Of a DNA stretch of 64,000 nt, positions 1 through 10,936 are shown piece by piece (position 1 is the first letter of the stretch; the number at the start of each line of letters is the position of its first letter). Origin of the DNA: Vicugna vicugna. Its lineage: Eukaryota. Location: contig MU057801.1 of assembly GCA_013265495.1 (NCBI GenBank), positions 186,001-250,000 on the forward strand. Reading direction: 5' to 3'. Below the pieces are notes generated by a model, which worked only from the letters and a program-made list of their open reading frames with translations, was not told the DNA's origin and searched no databases. The translations under genes were made by a program, and so were the position numbers.

Positions 1-449
1 CCAAACTGCCCACCAAAGACTATCAACAAAGATACAAAGAAGCCAGCCGTCCGTATTCCTGAAAGTCAGTGAAAAACAAGACAATACTGTTTTGCTTTCC
101 TTAATTGCCATCAAAATGTGTCTTTCCTCTGAAGAGTATTTTAATTATTTGAAGAAAAAGTATCCTCAAACTCAATTCCTACATATTTCAAAGAGGATGT
201 CAGTGTACATGTATGGGAGTTTTATTTTTTTTAATAGAGAAATGATACTGAAATGTGGTTAGACACCAGAGAGCGTAGTGTGAATAAGAAAGGGGGTTTG
301 AGGTCATTCCGTAGGCATTAAAAGAGTCACAACTACTTTGCTTTTTTTAATGAGCATTCAAGTCTGACTCAAGCTTCAAGATCTAGTGTGACTTGCTTTT
401 ACTTTTTAATTCATAGTTTCGTTTAAACCCTTCAGTTATTATATTACCT

Positions 450-1084
450 GCTTTTCTTTCCTTCCTCCCTTCTTTCTTTCTCTCTCTTCCTTCCTTCCTT
501 CGTTCTTTCTTTCTTTCGTTCTTTCTTTCTTTCTCTCTCTCTCCTTTCTTTCTTTCTTTCTCTCTCTCTCTCCTTTCTTTCTTTCTTTCCTTCTTTCTTT
601 CTTTTCTTTCTTTCTCTCTCTTCTTTCTTTCTTTTCTTTCTTTCTTTCCTTCTTTCTTTCTTTCNNNNNNNNNNNNNNNNNNNNNNNNNNNNNNNNNNNN
701 NNNNNNNNNNNNNNNNNNNNNNNNNNNNNNNNNNNNNNNNNNNNNNNNNNNNNNNNNNNNNNNNNNNNNNNNNNNNNNNNNNNNNNNNNNNNNNNNNNNN
801 NNNNNNNNNNNNNNNNNNNNNNNNNNNNNNNNNNNNNNNNNNNNNNNNNNNNNNNNNNNNNNNNNNNNNNNNNNNNNNNNNNNNNNNNNNNNNNNNNNNN
901 NNNNNNNNNNNNNNNNNNNNNNNNNNNNNNNNNNNNNNNNNNNNNNNNNNNNNNNNNNNNNNNNNNNNNNNNNNNNNNNNNNNNNNNNNNNNNNNNNNNN
1001 NNNNTTCCTTCCTTCCTTCCTTCCTTCCTTCCTTCCTTCCTTCCTTCCTTCCTTTCTTCCTTTCTTTCTTCTTTTTTTTTTTTT
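450..1084. repeat. (CTTT)n/(CCTT)n polypyrimidine microsatellite spanning an assembly gap (N at 665-1004)
   Basis: Direct reading: CT-rich tetramer repeats on both sides of 340 Ns. Confidence 0.95.
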
Positions 1085-3800
1085 ATAAAGAGTTCTGAAA
1101 GTTGTAGCCAGAAAGGCATATTGGTGCGGAGTTGAGACTAAAACTTTGACTCTGCCTTCTGATTGCCTGGAAGGAGTGAACCTCCTTGAATGTTAACAGG
1201 GGTGGGGGGAGGAGAAAGATCGACCTCTTACAGCGTATATATTGTTTTTGAAAATTAGTTTAAATAGAAGCCTACAGCAAGAAGCCCTTCTTTCCCCAGG
1301 GGGCATCATTTGTGGTATAATTTTTACTTAAGGGCGCCGTCATTGGGTTCATTATGTTACGTCAATCAAAAGAAGGGTCACAGCGCTGGAGTTAAGAATC
1401 TCCGGCCAGGCGTCCCGACTCCCTGATGCCCGGAGCCAGGGAGCCGTAGGCTCCGGAATTCACAGGGTGGGTGGGCGTGAATGCGGACGCACGAGGAGGC
1501 GCACGAAGACACCTGCGCTAGGGTGTTTTCTGACTGTGTTCCTAGAATCTTCCAACTTGAGAGAGATAAGCACCTCCTGGACAGGAAACGAGAGGAAGCC
1601 ACGTGGCAACTGAGAGCGTGACCCGAGGCGCACCTGAAGGGCCACACTGACTGGAAGCGTGGGAATCGGATTCTGAAGAGATTTACATCACTCTACTCTC
1701 GACAAAAGGACGGCTCTGATTGGCTGTTTGGCGAGGCCATCATCCCCAAGGGCGGTTCTGATTGGCTGTCTTGGCGAGGCCGGCACCAGGTAGAGGAGCC
1801 CTCGTCCCAGCCGCACGCACAGCCTTGCCGCACTGGCCTGGTCTCCCAACAGGGACCACGTCCTGCAGGCACAGCCCTGCTCCCGCGCAGACACAGCATC
1901 CACCTGGGAGGTTCTCACTTATCGTCCAGGCTCAGGGGCTTCTTTCAGAAGCCAGAAGTCACCGCCCACCTCCTCTGGCAAGTCAGAGTACGTATTAAAT
2001 GCGTCCTGTTTTCAGTCGAGACGCCTGACAGCCCCTGCAGTGGTTCCGGGAACACTGATGCATAAATCCCCTAATGCCTGGGGAGGCCCTGTTTAGTATC
2101 CTCGCTTTTACAGATGTGGAAACAAAGCCGAGCAAGGGCAGGCCAGGATGCAAGGAAGACTCAAGCCAGCTCGTGTGGTGGCTTTTCCTGCGCCCCCCGT
2201 GGCGGCCACCCCTGCACGTAGTGAAGTTCACCCCACGCCAGAGAGCCCTGCCGTCCACGTGACTCAGTGACGGTGTTGCCCTGGATCTCCAGCCCAAGGC
2301 TGAGCTTGCCAGGTTTCTGCCCTATACTCTGTTCTTCGGAAGCAAGCCACTACATGCCAGTCACACTCCAGGGATGAGGGTAGAATTAAGCACCACCTCC
2401 CAGAGGCCAGGAGATCTACATAAATTATGTAGAATTTTTCTGTGAGGAAGATTGGTCTCTTTCCACTGCCTTCAGTTTTACCAGCCGTTTACCAGAAGGC
2501 ACTGAAGTAAGTCTGCCGCGTTTCAAACATAAGGTGTCCTATGAATGTAGTGTATGCTTTTCCGTGAAATGCCCTTCCTTGAAGCCCTCCAAACTGAACA
2601 GAAATAGAAGTGAGTAATCACCACCCCAGTGCCTGTTATTTTTATTTTGGTGTCGCCTCTGCTGGGCTGGTGGGCTCTTCCTTCCAGTGCTAAGGCATCA
2701 TTTATTATTTACTATTGAAGGGCCGAAGCCTGCACTGCTGGCAGTGCTTAAGCAAACCCAGGTCACAGGACATCCCTGCAGGGGCCTCTGCCAGCTGCCC
2801 CACATCCGGGCGATGCGCTCGTCACTAGACTCACACTTTCTGTATTTTGCACGGGTAAGGAGGAGAAACATGATACTCATGTAACCACACAAAGGAAGGA
2901 TTTTCAGTTCAATTCGGAAGTTGCTTCTGGAGCACATGCTACGTATGGGCCTCAGGCTCAGGGCTGCAGACAGCTCAGGTGACTCCCCCCAAGTCTGGTG
3001 TGCAGACGGCTTCTCGAGGAGAGCAGTCAGGTTTGCTCTGTGCGCGGCAGATGCAGCAAAGAACCCCGAGGATGCAGGGATGGGGAAGCCAGCCGTGCGG
3101 GGAGACAGGCAGACAAGGTTTCCCTGGGAATCCCCGTCGGGAAAGGCGAGCAGCCCACCAGACACAGGGAGCAGCGTGTGGAAAGGCACAGAGGCACAGA
3201 TGATTGCTTCCTGTTGGCTTCAGCGAAAGCATAGGCTGCTTGTTTATAGGGATGTGGCGGGAAGAAGGGATGTAGGGCAGGGCAGGGCCGGGGCACATCC
3301 GGTGCCGTCTGAGTCTTCAAGGTGGTGGAGGGCACTTTAGAAAGATCACCCCAGGCAGGGTAAGAGTCAGACTTTTGAACAAGCTCTCTAGCTCAGGTAG
3401 CAAGCCATCAAATCAGATGCTGGCCAACACCGCCTGTGATCTGCATGGTGAGCCAGGGTACCAGGAGCCTGGAGTGGGCGGACATGGAGCAAGGACAGCA
3501 GTGTGTCCCGGGCCTCCCCAGTCAGTGGACCAAAAACCGCTGGCAGTGAACCGAATCCACCTACACGCTTGCTCATCTGAAATGGGGCTGGGGGCTCTCT
3601 GTTCCTGTCGTTCTTAAAGACATACAGCTGCCCTAGATGCTCAGCTTATCTGTGGTTTTGAGCTGTGTGGCGGGGACAGAATGAGGTTGTGACAAAACAC
3701 TGGGAGTTTCAGGGCAGGAAAACCCCAAGGTTCAGATCTTCTTTGTACCTATGGATGGGAGGGGCTGAGGAAGAGTAAGAAGACAGGCGGGAGAAAGATG

Positions 3801-4117
3801 TACAGGAATCCTTTGGTATTTGCCAGGGGAGGGGGGCTCCAGGACCCTTCACGGATACTGGAGTCCATGGATGCTCAAGTCCCTTGTATAAAGTGATGCA
3901 GTGTTTGCATATCACCTACTCACACCCTCCCCTTCACTTTCGATCATCTCTAGATCACTTATAGTGCCCAGTGCACTGTAAATGCTGTGTAAATAGGCTG
4001 TGGGCAGCAAATTCAAGTTTTGCCTTTTGGAATTCCCTGGAATTATTATTTCCAGAATATTTTCAATCCATGATTGGTTGAATCCCCTGATGTGGAAACC
4101 TGCAGATACAGACTGTA
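3801..4117 (+). mobile_element. MER2/MER2B-like non-autonomous Tigger DNA transposon
   Basis: TA-CAG...CTG-TA ends; internal 'ggatgctcaagtcccttgtataaa' and 'ggttgaatcccctgatgtggaaacc' resemble the MER2 consensus (recalled). Confidence 0.75.
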
Positions 4118-4139
4118 CAGAAAGCCAGGCGGCTTTTCT

Positions 4140-4820
4140 TTTCTTTCTTTTTTTAAAATTGAAGTAGAGTTGATTTACAATGTTGTGTTAGTTTCTGGTG
4201 TACAGCAGGATGATTCAGTTATACACATATACATATGTGTATATCTTCAATTTAGGTTATTGCAGGCTATTGAATATAGTTCCCTGTCCTGTACAGTAGG
4301 ACCTTGTTGTTTATCTGTTTTATATATGGTAGTGTATATCTGCTAATCCCAAACTCCTAATTTATCCCTCCTCCCACTTCCCTTGTGGTAACCATAAGTT
4401 TCTTTTCTATGTCTGTGAGTCTATTTATGTTTTGTAAGTAAATTCATTTATGTCATTTTTTTAGATTCCTCCTATAACTGATATCATGAGACATTTTGTC
4501 TTTCTCTGTCTGACTTACTTCGCTTAGCGTGATGGTCTCCAGGTCCATCTATGTTGCTGCAAATGGCATTCTTTCTTTTTTTATGACTGAGTAGTATTCT
4601 GTTGTATAAATATACTACATCTCCTTTATCCAGTCATCTGTCCATGTCTTGGCTCTTGTAAATAGTGCTGCTATGAACAATGAGGCGCATGTATCCTTTT
4701 GAATTGGAGTTTTCTCCAGATGTATGCCCCGGCCCGGCATTGGTGGTATAGTGGTTAGCATAGCTGCCTTCCAGATGTATGCCCAGAAGTGGGATTGCTG
4801 GGTAGGGTAACTCTGTTTTC
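4140..4820 (-). mobile_element. 5'-truncated L1 3' end, interrupted by a tRNA-half insertion
   Basis: T-rich tail at the left end; reverse complement matches the L1 copies at 24615-25428 and 44630-46276. Confidence 0.9.
4730..4773 (+). pseudogene. Tailless retrocopy of the 5' half of tRNA-Gly(TCC) with a 7-nt 5' extension
   Basis: GCATTGGTGGTATAGTGGTTAGCATAGCTGCCTTCCA (4737-4773) matches tRNA-Gly-TCC up to the anticodon loop; flanked by the direct repeat TCCAGATGTATGCCC (4715-4729 and 4770-4784). Confidence 0.85.
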
Positions 4821-5329
4821 AGTCAGGTGGCTTTTCAATTAATCAAACCAAGTAAACCACAGGTAGCACAGGAGAAAAACATAACAGGCCCGAATCAGTA
4901 ATCCTGGAGCCTTTTTCAAAGGCACACACTCCCCATTCAACAGGAGCAGAGGGGACTCGTCAGTGGTCTTTGCCGGCTCGCTGGGTGGCAGGTGCACATG
5001 GGGTGCTCATGGTGTAGATCTCAGCCAGTCCTCCCAGCAGCTCCATCAGGAAGCTGTGAACGGCCCCACTTCACAGATGAGAAGGCAGAGGCTCATCTTC
5101 TCTCACGGCCGCAAGGTAGAAAACCACTCATCTGGACTTCACATCTGCCCAAGGGCCACGGGGACCCTGCGTGGTCTGTCTGCTCTATGAGTAGTTTGCA
5201 CAGAGGAATGGAGAGGAGTGGCTGGGTACTCCTGGGGCCGCCCGGGGTCACACCTCAACTCTGCTGAGAAGGGCGGATACACTTCCTGCTGAGAGGCAGA
5301 AGCCAGTGGTGGTTCAGGGTCAGGGCTCA

Positions 5330-5430
5330 GACTGGACTGAAGTCCCAGCCCGGCTGCCACTCAGCTGTGTGTGCTTGGTCACAGGCCTCAACCCCTCCGT
5401 GCCTCAGTTTCTTCATCTGTAGCAGGGTTA
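5330..5430 (+). mobile_element. MIR SINE fragment
   Basis: MIR core 'gcctcagtttcttcatctgta'. Confidence 0.6.
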
Positions 5431-7206
5431 CCCAACACTGCCATGCACACCCCACGGACTCTCCCTTCCCGCTGGATTTCCACCAGAACCCTGGTCCGGG
5501 GTGATGGAAAGGCTGGGGAGGGAATGCCCAGCCCACCGGCGGGAAGCCGCCCTCAGGCAGAGACCTCCCCGGGCGGACTGGGACAGCTCCGAGGCTGCCC
5601 TGCGCTGTGTCTCTTCCCGGTGGTGACTGCTTGACAGCACGCACGCCCTGGGCTGCCTGCCCCTGTCCGCGGCCTGTGCTCCCAGACGCCCCTCCCCAGG
5701 GAGCTGCTCAGGCCTTTGTCCCTGGGGGCTTTTGGGAGACCCCGAAGACAAACAGGGCTCATGTGCTCGTGTCAGCTGAAGGCTGGTTCAAATACGCATT
5801 AAGCGCGTACACATGCTTGAAAAGCACTGCCGCCCGGTCAGCATCAGTCCGGATCCATCAGCCAGTTACGCGGCCAAAGGAAGTCAGGTGAGCACATAAA
5901 GAAAGAGCCAGCTCGTTCTGCCCTTCCTGTTCGGAGCGAGGCCTGCTGTGCCGTCTCCTGGCTTCACGACCAGGTTCTCCACTGTCCTGGGAAGGTCACT
6001 GGACCTCTGAGCCTCGTGTGGATCTGCAGAACGAGGTGGGACTCGCCCCTCCGTCACAGGGCGAGGCGAGGGCACCCGCCCGGCCCCGCACGACAGGGAC
6101 TGCGCTAGCAGACGGCCCTCCGCGTGAGCGATTGTAAGCGTTTCCGTTTCACAGTGGGAGTTCCCCACCAAGAAGGCCCCCCTCTTGCCATCAGACATGA
6201 GCTTCTATTTCTCCTACTTTGCTTTTTCGAAAAAATAATCAGGATACTAGAACTTGACTAAACCAAGAGGTCAGAGGACCTAACCTCCCCTTGGATCTTT
6301 GTTGAGTAACTTTAGGTCGCAACCTGTGCATTTTGAGCATGTTGTTTAGATTCACTGTTAGAATCTTTGGAGAACACTGAGAGCCTTTTTGTTTTAACCA
6401 TCAGTCGGGTTCAGGCTGTTCCTTCCGTCCTGCCCACTGTGGGCCATGACTGGATGGCATTTCAGAAGTTCAGGCAATGACGGTGAGAAAGGGGTGGTGA
6501 CGGCCAGAGTCACTTAGAAAGAGGGAACTGGGCTGGCTGCCCAGCCTCCTGGTCACCCCTTCCCGAGACCCGCGCCTTCTCCGAACTTCACCTCCGCCTC
6601 TGGGCTCTCGCTTCCCCTTTGGTGGCAGTGGGTGAGCGGAAAGTGTCCTGACCTGGCTGATGAGTGGTCTGTCCTGTGATGGTTCCCTGTCTCCTGTCTG
6701 ACTTTCTCTGGCATCTGTGCTGCTGATGAGGTGAAGTAAGGGACGGCAGGCTTCACAGCACTAGAGCCCAGTGACTGGAACTCGGCTTATAAATCTGTCT
6801 CAGGTCACACTGAGGCAGGAGCCCCAGGCCACTCCACGCCCTGGACTTTGGGACCAGTGGAGAAGATGTCTGTAAATTTTTTCAGAAACTTTATTTCCGT
6901 TTATTTACTCAGTTAGTAGTCGGTGTCTAACACTCAGAATTCTGTACCTCAGACAGTTCTCCAGGATTTTCTTATTTCTCTGTTTGTAGATGGACACAGT
7001 CGCCACAACCAGAGTTCTTGGGTGTGAATCCCCGCCCCCCTGTTTTGCCATCCGCGTGGCATCAATCTCTCTGGGGTTCAGTTTCCTCATCTATAAAATG
7101 AAGAGATAATAGTCCTCCCTCCATGGGTTTGTTGGAGGATGTCCTCACATCTTGAGTGCAGAACAGCATCATTCTTGGATTCTTGGATTTTAAAGCAACC
7201 GGAGGT

Positions 7207-7342
7207 GGGGGAGGGTGTGGCTCAGTGGGAGAGCGACTGCTTAGCATGACGAGATCCTGGGTTCAATCCCCAGTACCGCCATTGAAATAAATAAGTAAAC
7301 CTAATCACGTCCTCCCCACCCCCCAAAATTTTTTTAAATGAA
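7207..7342 (+). mobile_element. tRNA-Ala-derived SINE (vic-1-like)
   Basis: A box and B box (ggttcaatccc), AT-rich tail, approximate TSD taaagcaaccggaggt / taaagcaatcagagat. Confidence 0.85.
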
Positions 7343-8626
7343 TAAAGCAATCAGAGATGATGGAAAATAGCAGATAGTAGTCGTTTACAAGCAATATGAT
7401 AGGTCTGCTCTTTCCTTTTATTCTGAGCTAGCCCACAAGCTGAAAGATTTTTCTGTTCCTTTTGTTCCATAAAATCGTTTTTCCCTCTTGCTTCGGGGGC
7501 AGGACCTGGTTTTCCTATTGGAGAGAACCAGTCGGGGACTTCTTTTTTCCTAGTCATTATGTTTATTAAGGATTTGCAAGGGTGGGGAGGAGTGGTTAGG
7601 AGTTAAGTTCTGAAAAAGAATGCAAAGAGACCAGTCTTTCTTATTTCTAAATTATGGCCTTTAAAAAATGTACTGAAACAATTTTTTTTTCCTTTGGGGT
7701 TTTAAGGGAGTGAGCACACGGCAGTGGGTCCTGGGTTTCAGCTCTCCTAGCAGACTTCCACAGTCCCACCGGTTTCTGAGGGTGGAGTGTACAGTGCAAA
7801 GGCCAGAATCCCTTCCCTGGGGACGAGGGTGAGTTGCACAAGGGACCCTCAGCCTGCTGGTGACCATCTTTCTGCTGCTGCCCCCCAGGCACAGCACAGA
7901 ATCTTTCAGAGTGATTTGTGTGACTGCTCTGGCCCAGAGGTGATCAGTCTGGCTCTGAAGTTAAAAGTCGCCCTTGGGGTTTAAGGTGGAAATCCCAGGC
8001 TGGTCTCCAGCAGGTGCTTTCCGTGGGTTGATTTATCCCGCGGTTATTGAGGGTGAACTTACATCCATAAAGTGTGCAGGTCTCAAGTGCTCACTCAGCA
8101 CGACGATTTTCACACATGTCACCACCACCCAGATCCAGACACAGAACGTCTCCCCCTCCCACAGCCCCGCTTACTCCCAGTCCTGGCTTCTGTCGTCGCA
8201 GGCTGGTTCTTCCCACTCTTGAACTTGGCAAAGATGACGCTCATCCGTGTCCGGCTTCTTTGTCCTCTGAGACTCAGCCAGCCGTGTCTGGAGCTGCAGC
8301 GTGCTCTTCCAGGGAATGACTCTTCCATTGTCTGAACTCAATTTCCTGGATTCCACTGTGCGGATGTGTCCTGGCGCCCATGCCATTGGGAGGGGCCTTT
8401 GCGTTGTCTGCAGTTTGGGGCTATTATGAATAATGCTGCCACCAGCATTCACATGCGTTCCTGATGCACAACGGACGTGATGTTCGTCCCCCCTTGTTGG
8501 CCTCCTTTTAAACAGAGTGGTGATTACCAGGAATGCAGCTTCAGAATCTTTGTGTGGAGGGACCGGTCAATGTTTATGAACTTGAGCTCTAGAACGAAGA
8601 GACCATTTACTTTGAAAAGCAGTAGT

Positions 8627-8780
8627 GGGGAGGGTATAGCTCAGTGGTAGAGCATGTGCTTAGCATGCACAAGGTCCTGGGTTCAATCCCCAGAACCTCC
8701 ATTAGTAAATAAATAAATAAATAAGCCTAATTACCTACCCCCAAAAAAACTATTAAAAAAAGATAAAGACAAAAAAGAAT
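8627..8780 (+). mobile_element. tRNA-Ala-derived SINE (vic-1-like)
   Basis: ggggagggtatagctcagtggtagagc...ggttcaatccccag head, (TAAA)n linker, A-rich tail, TSD core gaaaagcag. Confidence 0.9.
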
Positions 8781-10630
8781 GAAAAGCAGCTTGGTTGGTT
8801 GTGCGTCTTCAAGCAAACCATTACTATCTCCAAGCCTCAGTTTCCTCATCTGTAAAAAGGGCCTAATAGTAGTACTGTGCAAAAATAATAGAGTTGTTGT
8901 TAAGAATTAGATGAGATAATGAGCTAAAGCCCAGCCTGGCTGAGCACTGCGTGTTAATTGCTGTTACCGACTTTTCATCAGAATGACCATTTGGGGTGAA
9001 GTCAGAGACGCTCTAAGACTTTATATAAGTTTGTTAACACGACAGAACCAATGCAGACCAACTAATTTGTTTTAATCCCAGATGTGAACTGAAAATGTTC
9101 TGTTTTTTATCTTACTTAATAACCTCTTTTGCTTCAACCTTGAATGTCTGGAGTGATATAAACCCTGTATTTAAACAAAGAGATCTCCTGATGGGAGATG
9201 TGGAAGTGGAGGAACAAAGGAAACCTTGAGCCAGGAAAGTTGGCTGTCATGGGATCAGCACCAGCTCGCGGCATCAGTTTGAACTTTGGGTTGTGGGACA
9301 ATTTTTTTGGTGTCTGTGTGCCTGGCTTAGATTTATCCTTGTCCCTGACCTTCTAATAATTGGGGATGATTTGGAGTCAATGTGATCTGATGCTGTGTCA
9401 GGAATTCCACAGGCCAGAGGGGGAGCTTGACCGTTCCCACGGATCTGTGGGCTTCCGACATGAAAGGACGTCAAATGTCAGATACTCCGTGTGGCTGTTA
9501 CCCGGCTCACTTTGACGAGCGTGTGAAACATTTGAGACGGAAAAACTAATGTTGAGGAAGCTGAGAGCTTATCTTTGTGCAAACCATCTCCAGCCCAGAC
9601 CTCCTCCAGGTTCACGGTCCCAGTCGCTGTGCTGTCAGCCGTGTGAGCTACTCCCTGGGCAAAACCGTGCAGAGGAAGAGGGGACAGGAAGGCCTCCCGC
9701 ACCTGGGGGCGCCTCCTCGCTCTGAGCAGAGACACGCTTCAGGACTTCTTCAGTGTTTGTTTTGAAATCATTTCAGATGTAGACAAAAGTTGCAAAAAAC
9801 GGTATGAAGAAACCATGTCTGCCCTTTACCCAGAGTCCCCAGTGTTAGCGCTTTGCCCAGCTTGCTTCGCCCCTTGTCTTTCTCTGTTTACACGCACACA
9901 GGAACATGCACGAACGCGCGAGTGCATACACACGCACACACACCTTTTTTTCTGGGCTACTTGCAGGCACTGTGTCCCTTTATCCCTAAATACTCAGTGT
10001 GAACTTCCTGAAAACAGGGCCATTGTGTTACAGAATTGCAGTAAAATTAACACTGCTTCAGTGCGAACAGGATTACCTAACCTGCGGGCTTTATTCAAAT
10101 CTCATCTAATATCCCACTCATGTCCTTTTTGGCAAATGAAATAAAGACTTATATTTGGTCCAGAATCCAATCCAAGATAGCATGTATGTTTAGTTGTCCC
10201 CCCGCCCCAGGAAATGTTTTAAGGGACCTGGATCCCTTGCTGTTAAAAAACCCTGCCTTTAACCTAGTTGCTTATCTGTCAGGTGAATCCTCAGTGGAAG
10301 GGCGAGGTCAAAAGAACGTCTTCGAGAATATTCAGCTGTGTTTACGGGTGTGGGGGTGTAGAAGTTGTTAAAAAAATATGTTCCATTGTACTGATTGTGT
10401 GCAAGGGAGACTGGAACACTTCATTAGGGAATAGTCACTCTTCCTGGCTTTACAGAAAAAAAAAATGTTGGTGTGTGAGTTGGTGCTAAATTCGGTGGGT
10501 TGAGTGCGAAGTTGGGACATGTCTGCCCTCTAACCAGCGGGCGGGGTTGGAGGTGTCCTTTCCGAGAAAGCAGACCTTGCATTTCTCCTTTCTGCGGACC
10601 ATGGTCACATAGCTGCGCTTCCTTTGGCAG

Positions 10631-10936
10631 ATGTGGTGTTGGAGAAAGCCATGCACAAGTGCATCTTGAAGCCTCTGAAGGGCCACGTCGAGGCCATGCT
10701 GAAGGACTTCCACGTGGCTGACGGCTCGTGGAAACAGCTCAAGGAGAACCTGCAGCTGGTGCGGCAGAGGAACCCCCAGGAGCTGGGCGTCTTCGCCCCC
10801 ACCCCTGACTTGGTGGATGTGGAGAAAATCAAAGTCAAGTTCATGACCATGCAGAAGATGTATTCGCCAGAAAAGAAAGTCATGCTGCTGCTGCGGGTCT
10901 GCAAGCTCATCTACACCGTCATGGAGAACAACTCAG
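10631..10936 (+). CDS. RIN2: RIN2 coding exon (DVVLEKAMHK...MENNS)
   Basis: ttggcag| acceptor, |gtgagg donor, 306 nt open frame. Confidence 0.95.

Noticed and set aside
439..1119. 226-aa K/E/R-rich ORF
   Set aside because: It is the translation of a (CTTT)n microsatellite and an N gap.
8627..8701. Apparent tRNA-Ala(AGC) gene (and similar heads at 7207, 15801, 57790 and 63230)
   Set aside because: Each has a SINE tail, TSDs and scattered stem mismatches, so these are retroposed SINEs rather than tRNA genes.
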